Positions 35,934 to 48,871 are shown, counted from the first letter of the stretch. The stretch is DNA of 64,000 nucleotides from Selaginella moellendorffii (GCF_000143415.4 NW_003314285.1:207102-271101); one strand, 5' to 3'. Made by a program: numbers and translations. The notes: generated from the letters alone by a model not told the origin.

Positions 35934-38222
35934 GCTGGGGGTACAGAGGTGAACTGGGGCTGTTGTTGCTGCTGCTGCTGCTTAGTCGTGGGAATTTACT
36001 CTGGAAGTTTTGCTGCCATTGGTGATGCACGGAAGAAAGTGGGGAATCTGAGAATAGCAGCTGCTCAGGTCCCAATCCCAGCTCTGGCTTACTCATTCCA
36101 CTCATGTACCTGGAGCAGGGAAAGCAAAAGCACACAGAGAGCAGGATTTTAGTCACAGGCGAACAGAGACGGCGGGGCTTGATGAGCATGAGTGGCACTT
36201 GCACTCACCAGGAACTGATAGTACCTGTAGTCTTTGTTCCCTCCAGGAGATGCACCAGAGAGAGACTGCATTGGGAACTGCAGGGAGCTGCCAGAGTTGT
36301 TCCCGCTGGGAATGCCCGTAGGGAGGGAACTGAAGTTGGACTTGGTGGGGGTGCCCGAGTTGAAAGGGGAAGCTGCTGCTGCCGCTGCTGCTCCGACCGA
36401 CGGATGCTGGTGATGATTCTGTCCGTTCATGCCCAGAGGGGGCCGCAAGCTGCTGTGGATCTGATTCAAGCCCGAGCTTTGGACGACACCGCCGACGTTG
36501 GTCGCTGACTGGGTGGTGGTGTTTCCACCTGCGGCAGCAGCTGCCGCCGACTGGGAATTCGCCGCCGCCGCCGCGGCTGCTGCTGCTGCCTGGTTCTCGG
36601 CGTTCTTCTTGGACCTGTTACGGCCCCGGTGCATATGACGATCGCAGTACTTTTGGTCCGGGACGACTTCCCTGGAGCACCTCCACTTCTTGCCGTCTGT
36701 TCGTCGGCACCGACCAGGCTCCGGGTCGGGATTGTTCGGAATTCCAAGGTGAAAGTTTCCCCAGCCCACTGCACAGGAAAGCAAGGAGATCTTTAGAGTT
36801 GCCAGTGGTGCAAGGTGCTGAGAACGGCGAGGAGGCAGTCGAGCAGTGAAGTGAAGGGAGAAAGGCAGCAGGCACTCACTTCTTAGCGACGGATGCGAAG
36901 ACGCGAGATTATTCAATGCAACGCTGCGCCTGATTGGATTGAGCAGCTCGGGGGGCACGCTCGCACCAGCCATCATGTACTTGAAAATCAGCGCCTGGTG
37001 TTCTAGCTCGGCCCACTGGTTCGCAGTGAAAGGACCGCGCATGCTCATTGCGCTCTGCATTCCTAGGTGGTCTCCTCTAGCGGCAGCTGCAGCAGCCAAC
37101 ATGAGCGGCGAGCCTGGCAAAGACAAGACAGAGAGAAGAGTTATATCAGCGCAGCCAAGCCTCGCTACTGCTACGAACTAGTGCTGCTACTGCTACTGCC
37201 ACTGTTCATTCCAACCCTCAAGTTTCCGGATGGAGGAAAACTCGGCGGCGAGAGACAGGACCGGAGAAAAATAAGCAGCAGCAATCAGGGGATCACGGTC
37301 GGATGGGGGGCGCTTGTATATCTTTGGAAGGTCCCAATCGGCTCGACAAGCATTTGTAATTGCTTGCTAAATGCCGACAAAATCCTGGCATTATGGTGGA
37401 GGCAATGTGCGGCACTTTCGAGCTGATATAGCTGCATATATCAAACCGGGGAAGAGAAGGGACGAGATAAACAAAGGCAGCAGCGGGAGTTCTCTACAGT
37501 ATCTCTACATGGAAAGCCGAGAAGAAGAAGAGGGGGAGGAAAACGAGGCCGAGAATGTGGAAGCAGGCAATTCAGGCAGTGGACTCACCGGAAGCTCCAG
37601 GATACTGATACGATTGATACGAGAAAGGCCTCATGTTGGAGTTGGCAGCAGCGAGATTGTAACTGGAGCCGGGGCTGGCCATTGCATCGCTCCTCAGCAT
37701 CCGGGTGTCTCCTCCCATGAGATTGGCAGCAGCAGCAGCGTCACTTGCGACGAGTACTCCATCGGACAAGCAAGAGTTTGTGGGAGAGCAGGCGATACGG
37801 CTGCCACCATTATCTCCTGAAAACGAGTGGCTTCCAGCTGGTCCATTATTATTATTTGCAGCAGCAGCAGCAGCAGGAGCACCACCTCCGCCACCAGAGT
37901 TCATGTTGAGCTTGCCAACGTGCTGCTGCTGCTGCTGCTGGGAGTGCTGGTGCTGCTGGTGCTGTTCCGCTGCTGAAGGCCTCGAGTATGAGAAGGAGTC
38001 CTTGCGGGCCAGCTTGAGCGGGCCGCCATCGTCCCGGGCGTCGACTTCGACATCGGAGCTGGATCTGCATTGCTTCATCGAGGAAAGATTCGGAGAGAGT
38101 GGACCGGAGCTTGTACCGCTGCTGTTGTAGCTGGATGGCATCCTGTTATCGGGGGAGAGGACGCCAAGGCTGCTGCAAATGCCGAGGCCAGGAGAAGATG
38201 AGTTTTGGTGAAGCAAGTCCAT
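35068..38222 (-). CDS. Growth-regulating factor (GRF) transcription factor, 4 coding exons
   Basis: QLQ domain [20 protein letters not shown]; WRC domain [36 protein letters not shown]; FFD (LRHFFDDWP), TQL (TQLSISLP) and GPL (GGPLAEVL) motifs. Confidence 0.95.
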
Positions 38223-39378
38223 TAACTCTTTTCTCTTTCTTCTTCTCCTGCTTCTCTTCTTGTCCTCCCTCTCTCTCTTCTCTCCTTTTTTCTTTTTTCT
38301 TTTTTCCTTTTTTTTTTTTTGTCTTTCTAACTTTCTTTTGATTGTGCAGGCTAATCAACCATATACCTCTATGGATGAAATGGATGGAAGTGTGCAGTGA
38401 AATACGCCTTAATTCCAGGTACCCATTTGTCTGCTTTGTCCTTCCTTGACTCTGCTCGATCTCTTGCCGTGCAGGCTGTATATATCCTGCTTGCTGCTCT
38501 TGAGCCTTTGCTCTCGGAAACTCGTCGCAGATCTGGCAATGCAATCAAGCCGCAGTGGCTTGCTGCACAAACATATATATTGCCGGTGCTGAAACGCTGC
38601 GATCTTTGATCTTAACTTTCTTCTGGCGAGTTCTCATTCCAGTGCTGCTCGATTGCCAGTGCTCAGGCTCCGCAGCGGCAGCGGAGAAAGGAAGAGAACA
38701 AGGGGGAGCGGACTGGGAGAGAAATCAAGCTGAATTGGAGCAGTGGTCGACTTTGACGCAGTGCGCAGCAGCAGCCATCCAGAGATATCTATCTACGTGT
38801 AAGAGTGGAGGTAAGAAGTACTGTCGAGTGCTCTAAAAGGTGGCTGCTTCTCACCTCACACACATCAGGCAGACAAAACTGCAGGAATGTGGAGGGATAA
38901 AAGGGAGACGAGAAGAATGAGGAGAAGGAATCCTGTCGCTGCTCAAATTCCCGAGGGCAATGAGGGCCGTCAGTCCCTGAGCTGAGCCGAACTGAGCTGC
39001 AAGATTGAAAGGAGGAAGAAGAAGAAAAGCTCACGCCCCCAAAGGTAAGAAGTAGTAACTAGTGCTATCCTCTCATTCCTCTACTAATGTGTGCAGCACC
39101 AGTCCTTCCCACAGTTCCCACACAGAGAGGAGAGAAAAAGAGAGAAGCAACTAACTTCGCTCAGTTTCAGTTCAGCTCCTGCCTGCTTGCAGCTGCTTCT
39201 GCTCCTGTTTCTGCTACTGCTCGCCTGTTGGGTGCTGCTGCTGTTCCCAAAGGACGCGGACTAAGAAGCAGTAGAGCACTACTGCTGGTTAAGAGAGAGA
39301 CCTTCCCAACACTTTAGTGTGAAGAGAGAGGCGCACTGCCTGTGCTGCTGCTGCTGCTGGGGACTGTGCACTGCAAGA

Positions 39379-39884
39379 GTGAGTGTGTGTGTGTGTGTGT
39401 GGGTGTGGGTGTGTGGGAGCAAGCGAGTGAGTGAGCGAGTGTGTAAACGTAAACCCAGTGTGGAAGGAGCGACCAAGCGTGTAACTCTAGGAGCGTGTGA
39501 GTGAGAAAAGAGAGGACCTCAGGGAGGGCGAATGAACAAGTGAGTGAGAGTGTGTGTGAGGAAGAAAGCAAGCAGGACTAGGAGATATCTCTCTCTCACT
39601 CTCACTCTCACCCTGACCCTCTCTCTCTCTCTCTCTCTCTCTCTCAGCGCTGGACAAGAAAAAGAAGAGCCACTTGGCTAGAGACTTTCTACTAGGTGCT
39701 AGTCCAGGCAGAGGGACAAAACAGCATCCATGCACACAGCAACAGGTAGATTGATAGATAGGATGGACACAAAATGGGAGCAAGAAGCAGAAGAAGCAGC
39801 CCTGGAGCTAGCAACAGTGGTGTGCTCACTGGGGGAGGAGCAGCAGCAGGATCCTGGTGAAAGAGCAAAGGGGGCCTATATAGT
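39379..39884 (-). promoter_or_regulatory. Probable GRF core promoter and leader with TATA box and (GA)n/(CA)n microsatellites
   Basis: Minus-strand CTATATAGG at 39875-39883; (CT)n at about 39589-39645; (GT)n at about 39383-39415. Confidence 0.45.
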
Positions 39885-42800
39885 GTTTAGTGGGGTCTAG
39901 CAGCTGCTGCAGCTGCAACCAACAGGAGGGGAGGAGTAGGGGGCTCAGCTCATCCTGATCATGGTGGGATCAGGGAATACAAAAACTCCATAAAATATGG
40001 CTGATTCAACTAATAAAGCCTGGGGATTAGAGTGGGCTGGTACGCTATGAGAGGGAGAGAGAAGCTGATTCTCCTCTAATTGCCTGCCTTGCTTTATCTT
40101 ATTTTCTTTTGTTTTGGGGAGTTGGGGAGATTTTTCTGTCCAAGTGCTGGTTGACAACACTTATTTTATTCCAATCCGGACGCCAACCCGCCCCTCCAAT
40201 CCGCCTTAATCTCGCGGCCAAGAACACGTTACAAATGCACAAAGTTTGTGTACCTAGCCTCTCCTAGCCTAGTGTGTCCAATGGAGACGGGAAGGGGGCG
40301 TGTGTCAGATTTGGCTGGCTCCCGCTGCCAAATTGGGCTTAGAAGCCTCCCCACATTTAGAGACCAAAAGCTTGGAGCTTGGACCAAACCGTAGAGTGAG
40401 AAAGAACAGCTGCAGGCCTCAAGTATAACTTGATCAGAGAGAGATCAGAGCAGGAATTGAATGACGCTTGTTTTGTTTGTTTGCTTCCACGCTTCATGGT
40501 GGCCTATAGATCCTCCTCCTCCATGCAATCCCAGCGCACACTTCCTCTTGAAGAAGTGCTATCACTCCTTAACATAGTACTCCACCAAAAGGTGAGTAAG
40601 GTGGGGGGGAGCAAGCAATTCATTCATTCGATCACATTCATCGCATTCATAGAGAAGAAACATCTGCTCCAGTCCCGGCACTCGAATTGTGTGGGAGGAG
40701 AGGTCTTGCACAAAAAGTACGCAGGCTCGAGGGCCTCGGCCAACTTTTTGGGCCGCCATCAAAGTTGGGCGCCTCTTTTATGACTCCCGTGGAAATCTCA
40801 CAAGCCTCACCGCAGCAGCAAGCCCCTTTTCTCCCTTCTGGTTTCCGCTTGCTGCTCTCTGCCAACATGCCAGGCGAATCCTCATGTGGTATTTGCTGCG
40901 CTCTCTTTGTCTTTTGGGCGCCCCTGCACCAAAATGCCTCTTCCCGTGAACTTTCCTTCTTAGAATTCCAAACAAATCATAAGAGCCTCAGGAATCTTTC
41001 ATTCATGCTCACTCACACAACATTGAATCGCTCGAATCTAAGCCCCTGGATGTGTACATATTCCTTCTCCTTCTAGCTGCGAAATCAAGGCAAAGGCATA
41101 CAAAGGTGGCGAGAAAGGTGTTCTTGGGATATAACTTACCAATGTTGAAAATTTTGCTAATTAGCAGCAGCAGCAGCACCACCTCCACCACCTCACTGCT
41201 GCAAAGTCTATTACCTTACCTGCCAAGATGCATGACGTGGTAAAAGTGACATGTCTTTACCGCGCTGGCGAGCGAGAGCGATAAAAGGGTGAATCCCCTA
41301 TTTACCACGAGCAAGGGTGACGTGTAGGGATAAAGCGACCCTCTGACGCATATTTCAACACCCGCAGTAAATGGCAGTCCAGTCCGATTTTGACTGCAAG
41401 GGTAAAAGAGTCCCTCCTCATTAAAAAAAAGTACATTTCACCCTTTTTTTTAACCATTAAAAATTCCAAAGAATCTTTAATTTATCTGAAAATAAGAAAA
41501 ATCATAAAAACGAAGAAAAACAAAAGCCTGGCAGCCCCACCGGCAAGGCACAGTTACTGCTGATTTACCAGTGTAAGAACACACACGAAGTCGGAATTGG
41601 GGGGGTGAAAAGAGGCCGCACGGCTGCCGCTGGAAACTTCGGGTGCCAGGGCACCGACGGCCGGGATCGCCCGCGGCTCCGGGACGGACGGCCAGGATGC
41701 GCGCGCCATGTGAACTGCCGCCCGCCCGGCACCGTCAGTCAGGTGGCTCACACAAATGCCTGAATTGAATGGCCACCTGCCGTGTTTCGTGAAAACCCAA
41801 CATTTGCCATTCAATCTCCATTAATATAACATCACACACATCAAAGTACCATTCCTGCCACGCCAAACAGATTAAAGTTAACCAGATGGTTAATCCTTTC
41901 CCAAACCCAGGAATGGAATTGGAACTTGGAAGGAAGAATGGAAGGAAACCCTGTTAATTTCAACGTTTTGGTACGGTACGGGGAGACCAGAGGTACTTTG
42001 GCGCGGGCTTTTAATCCCGATTACTGGGGGCCACAGTCATTCCAAGGCCGACAGCATGGATTAGATTGTCTCTGGTGGCTTCCGTACAACACACATATTC
42101 ACTCACAGGGCTGTTCCTCTTATCCTTGTTCTGGTTGGTGTCACTGTTTGTGTGGAAGGGTGACACCATTATTTTGCGGAATTTGCAATTGCGAGAATGC
42201 TGCTGCATGACCTTGTCGCCCCGGTGATTTTGATTTTGATTTCGATTTCGATCCCAGGGCTGGAAGCTGGAAATTCTCGCAGGCTCGCAGGCTCGCAGGT
42301 TTGGTGGTTGCGTTGCGTTGCGTTGCGCTGCGCCTCTCGCTTTTCTTGGCCTTGACTTTGTGCCTGTACGGAAGCCCCGACACGCAGATTCTCCGGGTAT
42401 TTCTCGAGGGAGCTCCTTTGCTTCTCCGGCCATTATTGCACCACCAAAAACAGCCATTCACGTCGTCTACGGTCTACCTGTCTTTCCATTCCCATGGAAG
42501 GTAATACTAGAAACAAAAAAAACAGGAAGTTTTTTTTTAAAAAAAGTTATTATATACTTTTTCTCTTTTTCGAAATATCCAAACACGTTGCAATCGGAGG
42601 GAAAACGTCTGGCCAGTGGGAGCGGGCCACGTGTAACGCAAGGACGCACCGACGACGTCTAAACACATGGGAGAGTGGGCCCCAACACGGACCTGACTGA
42701 CGGCCGTCAGGGCCCCTGACTGACGGCTGTCACAGGCGTCCCTTTGGCACGTCAGTTTGAAGGGCGACCTTTAGTCACGCGCATGTGCACGCCGGGCCCA

Positions 42801-45077
42801 CCCCAGTTGACGCCGTTCCAGATGACGGCGTTAGGGCAAGGGGGCCCCACCTTTAAAGCGCCATGTGCCGCCCTGACACCTGTCAGTGATCCCTGACGGT
42901 AAAAGACTTTTACCGGCCGACAAATAACGGAAAGCTGTAAAACGGAATGTGCATGCCGGCATATTCGCTTCTCGGTTAGGGTAAATATACTCCGCGTTTT
43001 TTGTTGGTGTTTTTTTGGCATTTGCAGACACGAGTGCCAGGAATGAGTCAGGCATTTCTTCGCTGTATTACAAAGGCTGCCCGTTCCTGATTCAATCCTC
43101 TTTGTACTTCTCTCCCTTTTTTCCCCTTCTTCCATGCGTCCAAATATCCAGTCTTTCTTTCTACCCCACAGGGTGATTTGGTTCTCTTTCCTCACGCAAT
43201 ATATAGATCACAGAAGATCAACGCATTTTTCTATACGAGAGGCCTTCTTTTCTCCTAGCTGCTTTGGGCTTTGCTTGCTTGCTTGCCGGGCTCCCACAAT
43301 CATGGAGACAATGATTAGGTGCAGCTAAGCGGGAACACTGGGCTGGGACACCAATTCCCCGCCATTCCAGTCCAGTTTTTCAGCTACTCTTTTTAAGCAT
43401 TGTCCCACTGGTACAAACAAGGTGACAAGGAGGTGGCAGTGTCTCCTACATGGGGACACGTACAAAGCATAAGCAAAGAGGCTTGGGTGGTGTTCCATTT
43501 CTTTCTTTGCTTCGCCCCAAAGCCAAAGCCAAAGCCAAATCCACGTACGATAAAGAGGTGCCCGCCACATTGCAACAGAGAAACTTCAACAGCGCATGGA
43601 GGTTTGTTTGTAGTTTTCAGTTTGCCCGGCACACAAACACTGCCGGAAACAAGGAAACGTGTTGAATGCAACGGGACATAGAAATCCATTCTCCTGTTTT
43701 CCGGTGACACAAGGGCTTGTGTCCGCGGTGTAGTTTTAACATCCAATCTTACAAATTATCGGATCTAAGCGGAAAAGTGTGCCTCACACAACAACACACA
43801 ACAAAGCATGCCAAATGCCCTAGGCCCCATTTGCATGCCCACCAGCTTTTCAGTCACGTCCAAGTTGTAACGATCATCTCCATTTTCTTTCCGCCACCAT
43901 CACCACCACCATTCCACCACCAATTGGCAAGTATTGCAATGGCTGTAAGAAAATAGCTGGAGCCAGGAAAGCCCCAGGGCAAAAGGCTCCACAATCCAAC
44001 TGGTGGGCCTGAGTACAAACATATAAAAATGCATAACTTGCAACTAGGAAAAGCATATGGAGGGGTTGCAACTTGTTCCCCAACCCCAACAAAACAAGCT
44101 GGAGAATGAACATGTCACCTACATTTTTCAACTATTGTTGTTTTCCATCTTACAGCTTCGTTTCTTTGCTTTTTGGCCCTTTTCTCTCTTTTCCTCCATA
44201 GTATAAAAGCTTGCAATAATCAAAGGCTAGCTATACAGTTGTACATTGTCTTCGTTGTCACTGCTCACATCTATCGAAGGTTTGGAGTGATTGATTGAAG
44301 CCTAGAGCTTGAAAATGACAAGAGAAGAAGATGGTGGTTTTTCAAGACTTGGATCTCTGGAGGACAACACAAATACAAAAAAGTATGCTAGCTGAGCAGG
44401 CCATAGTTCTATTGATTTTGGGATCCAGTGGGAGACAACAAGTTGGCAAGAATCAAAGCTTAGATTAGATCCCATCCCACCAACCTTAAATAGATTCTCT
44501 CGAGAGAACCGTTACAACCACAGGGGGATAAGAAACTTTAGGCCCTTGGAGAAAGTATAAGAGACACAACGATCAGGGCTAACCATCTTTGAGCCTTGCT
44601 TTGGAACTATACTTCCTCGCAGGATGCTTGATTATCCAGGTTTTGATACAATACACATGTTGCTTTCTTTGTTTCCAAGTCCAGCTCGCCTTTGAGGAAC
44701 TAGTTGACAAACGCACAAAATCAGATCTCCCGGTGGGATGGACTTGGCCACAAAACCTCAAATCCCCGTCCGAATCCAAAGCCCGCAACGGGGTTCCGAG
44801 ATTTGGACCACTCCACCGCCGTTTCCTTGTTCACCGATGATGCAATCACTCGGCATGATTTTTCTTCTTTTGCATTTTTATAATAATTTTCTTTTCTGTA
44901 ATATATTATCATCTGCCTCCATGACGCGGGGCCCACGTGGCGCCCGTGGCCTTTTGCTGGTACGGACCTCCGTGCCGTGCCGTGCGCTCTCTCGAGAATC
45001 CCCTCACGTGTATTCATCCGCCATCGCTAGAGCCATTATAATGCTCAAGACAACACCACTCAATCACTACTTCCCCT

Positions 45078-45100
45078 AGAGAGAGAGAGAGAGAGAGAGA
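45078..45100. repeat. (AG)n microsatellite
   Basis: About 11 AG units. Confidence 0.9.
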
Positions 45101-45860
45101 TCTCCACCACCATCTTCACCTTAAAATGTTTTAGCAACAAGGACCAAGAGAGCAGAGAATGTGAAGGTTCTTATATCACATGGAGTTTCCACTATTTAAT
45201 GATCCTTGAATGAAATAACTGATATCATGGGTCTAATTGATCCTGGGGGCTAGAGCTATGTAGGTTTGGAGGCCTGGTTTGTTCGCAAGCAGACAGTTTG
45301 GATAGAGTTGAGATAGCCCCCAATTCAGAAAGCAGAGAGAGATTCATCCATCCACATGCAGCTTTTGGCTGAATTGCAGCAGCAGTAGCAGGCGAGTTTT
45401 TAATTTAAAGGAAGAAAAAATAAAATTATATAGAAATAAGTTTGCCCAATGTCTCAATCAAATTCTCCCCTGTTTCTTTGCCATTTGGCATTCACCTCTT
45501 AATCAGGGTCCCAGAGCTCAGAAGGGAAAAGGCCAAAGTGCTCTTTAAATACTCTCTTGTTCCAAAGAAACAAAAAATATTCGTCAAAATTGTTTTTTGT
45601 TTGTAAAAACAGATAAGAGAGGGAGAGTGCACTGCACAAAAAGAACAAATAAAAAAGAAGCACAACCACTGCAGTGTCACTCAGTACACTCTACTGCTCA
45701 CTACTCATATGTAATCAACATTGAGGGAGGGGGTGTGCTTTCCTTTGCTCTGCTTTGCTTTGCTTTTCTCTTGCTTCAGTGCTGCTGCCCTTGGCTTTTT
45801 TTTGCTGCTGCTGATCAGGCTTCATGGGCTGGGGCTGGCTGGCTGCCTCCAAGAGATGGA

Positions 45861-45905
45861 ATGGATGGATGGATGGATGGATGGATGTCTGGCTGGCTGG
45901 CTGGC
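45861..45905. repeat. (ATGG)n followed by (CTGG)n tetranucleotide repeats
   Basis: atggatggatggatggatggatggatg-tctggctggctggctggc. Confidence 0.85.
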
Positions 45906-47695
45906 AGCAGCTCCAACATATTTACAAGGTGCACACCACTGGCACAAGGATTGAGAAATTTCACCAGCATTGCCCCCTTGTCCTGACACTCAAGTGTAGA
46001 GTCCACACATGGAGCAGAGGTGCAAAACAAAGGACCCCCCTTGCACAGCCTCTGCTTTCTTCCCTTATGTTTTCCTTGGATTTCAATTATTGATTTCACC
46101 CATTGCCTCACTGCTTTCTACCTTCTAAACACGTTATACTTTTCTTTTTTCTAGCCACCACCTTTCTCTATTTCAGAGATGCTTGTCGGTTAGCCTCGCC
46201 ATCTTTTTGTGCTCTTAAGACTGCATGACAAAAGCTTTATGTCTCTGCAAAGGAAGACACACTACACACCAGAAGGAAGAGAGAGGGAGTGAGAGTGAAA
46301 GAATGGAGTGGACCATGGTTTTCATGCATGGAACTTCTTAAAAAACTGGTGTAGAGATTCTCAAGGCTAAACAAGGGTGAGAAGAGAATGTCATCCAGGC
46401 AAGTTCTAAGGGCATCATTTGATGATCAGAGTACTACTATATTGAACAACTATGTAGAGTAAAACCTGCCTCAACTTCCGCTTTCTTAAAGCTTGTTGTG
46501 AATCTTTAATAAGTGTGTGTACAAGTCTTTCGCGGAGGACTCCCTGTATGGAAACAAGGCGACATTTAGACATTTGGTTGGCGAGTCAACACATATTCAT
46601 GTCTGTCCGGTTAGTATGAGAAAAATCATGCTACCTTCCAGAGACACATATACGATGAGCGCTGGAATCACGCAGCTTGTCAAACAGAAAGCCATTTTCT
46701 ATGCGGTTGAGATGTAAACCCCCACACACAAACGCCTATATACACCCTTGTCAACATCCATGTTCAAGAGATTTATATTCCTTGGCAAAATAACAAAATA
46801 AAGGAAAGAGAAAAGGAACACAGCCGCACAAAAGCAGATATCGTACTCAAATTCACATGGTCCCTCACCACGAAACTCGTCCTCTGAGCTAAGATCCTTG
46901 CAAGATCCAGTGCGAAAGAACTGGCATTGTACACGACAAGTCACCAAAGGGGACCACCCTCTAACATTATCATCACCTATAGAGAGAAGGGAGAACCAAG
47001 AAAAGAAAGACGAAAGGAAAAAGGGAAGAGATAGAGAGTGATCTTGTTGTTGTTGTCTTCTAAAAATCATTTGAGGGCCAGCTTTTCCTGGTTGAGAGAC
47101 GCGTCTCCATTGGAGGTGTGAAATCTAACGAGGAAAAGGTGGCGGAGAAAACGCAAGAGCTTTCCTCTTCTTGAAGGACACATATACGAGGCTGGCTCCA
47201 TGCTTGTTTTGGTTTCAGTTTCAGCCGATCTCTCACAAAAATTTGTCGTTGCTGGTGACTGTGGATGGCATGGGGCCGGGCGAATTTTCTCTCCCGCCCG
47301 CTGTGCGGAGTTTTCTGGCGCAAACAACAACAAAACAAAATTGGCCAGTACAAAAATGTCTCGCTCCTTCCAGCGTTCTTTAAACTTGTCCGAGAGATCG
47401 CTACAAGTTTTTACTGACACTTCCCGCAGCTGGAGAGATACATTGGCAAAAGACAAGGGAACGCATCCGAGTTTTGACTGAGTGGTTGTAGCATTTCTAC
47501 TTCTTTTTCTTTCTTTCGATTAGAGTAATGCACAAGCAAGCAAGCATCTTTTGAGAAATAGTTATACTAATGAAGAGATCTTGTCTGTCAGATATTTTGT
47601 TGTGGCACAACGTTTTGCATGCCACTGATCTTGGTGAGCTGGAAGATATTGCGTGATTGAATATCAAAGCAAACGCGAGAGGGCAAACTAGGGAA

Positions 47696-48871
47696 ATGGC
47701 CGAGGCAGCAGAAGCAGCAAGACCCACACAAGGAGTGAAGGAGCTTCTGGAGAACTCCAATGGACAAATTCACGATCAAAGTCTACCAGATAAGTACATC
47801 AAGCCCGAGATTGCCCGCGTGAGATGCAACACTCCCCTGGCAGGCATTCCCCTCATTGACTTCTCCCAGATCCATGGCCAAAGCAGAAGCAAGATCATCC
47901 AAGACATAGCAAATGCGGCACAGGAGTGGGGCTTCTTCCAGGTAGCAGCGACTTAGAAAGCTAGAGCATAACATAAACTTGAATCGATGTTCTTTCAAGG
48001 TGATAAATCACAGCGTTCCTCTGGCTCTGATGGACGCCATGATGAGCGCCGGCCTCGAGTTCTTCAACTTACCTCTGGAGGAGAAGATGGCGTATTTCTC
48101 CGAGGACTACAAGCTCAAGCTTCGCTTTTGCACCAGTTTTGTGCCCTCCACTGAGGCCCACTGGGACTGGCACGACAATCTCACGCACTACTTCCCACCT
48201 TACGGTGACGAACATCCTTGGCCAAAGCAGCCACCCTCTTATGAAAAGGCTGCAAGGGAGTATTTTGACGAAGTTCTGGCACTGGGTAAGACAATCTCAC
48301 GAGCACTCTCCCAGGGTTTGGGACTAGAGCCCGACTTCCTCATCAAGGCATTTAGAGAGGGGATGAATTCCATACGACTGAATTACTATCCACCTTGCCC
48401 GAGGCCTGATCTTGCCGTCGGGATGAGCCCACACTCTGACTTTGGTGGCTTCACGATCTTGATGCAAGACCAAGCCGGAGGGCTCCAGGTGAAGAGAAAC
48501 GGGGAGTGGTACTCGGTGAAGCCGGTCAGGGGCTCATTCGTGGTGAACATCAGTGACCAACTCCAGGTATATGTATGTACTTTGGTTCGTCAACTTTGAG
48601 CTTGCTTGCGTGTTTGCAGATCTTTAGCAATGGGAAGTTCCAGAGCGCCGAGCATCGCGTTGCCGTGAACTCGAGCTCGCAAAGGCTTTCGATCGCCACC
48701 TTTTTCGAGCCCTCCGAGGACGTGGTTGTGGCGCCCATCCCAGAGCTCCTCCTTCGCAACAGTGAGCCGCCGCGCTACAAAGAGAGCCTGTTTGGAACGT
48801 ACCTTGGCAAGCAGTTCTCCAAGTACTTTGACAGCAAGAACACCATACAAGCGCTTGAGATTAATCGCTAG
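47696..48871 (+). CDS. 2-oxoglutarate/Fe(II)-dependent dioxygenase (DOXC class), 3 exons
   Basis: IPLIDF, EWGFFQ-VINHSV, RLNYYPPCPRPDL, HxD (PHSDFG), GGLQV, H in AEHRV, RxS in QRLSIATF. Confidence 0.95.

Noticed and set aside
44243-44337. Possible miR535-like hairpin downstream of TATAAAA at 44203
   Set aside because: About 16 bp of pairing with three G:U pairs and an asymmetric bulge, and a poor match to the mature miRNA.
46474-46520. miR396-like sequence TTCCGCTTTCTTAAAG near the GRF gene
   Set aside because: It has several indels and mismatches to miR396 and only a short weak stem, consistent with chance.
46539-46552. CTCCCTGTATG (miR160-like), and CAGGCTTCAT at ~45816 (miR166-like)
   Set aside because: Only 10-11 nt matches, with no supporting star arm.
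47067-47201. Small ORF MEPASYMCPSRRGKLLRFLRHLFLV as a DVL/RTFL peptide
   Set aside because: It lacks the diagnostic YIIRRC..ML.CW core.
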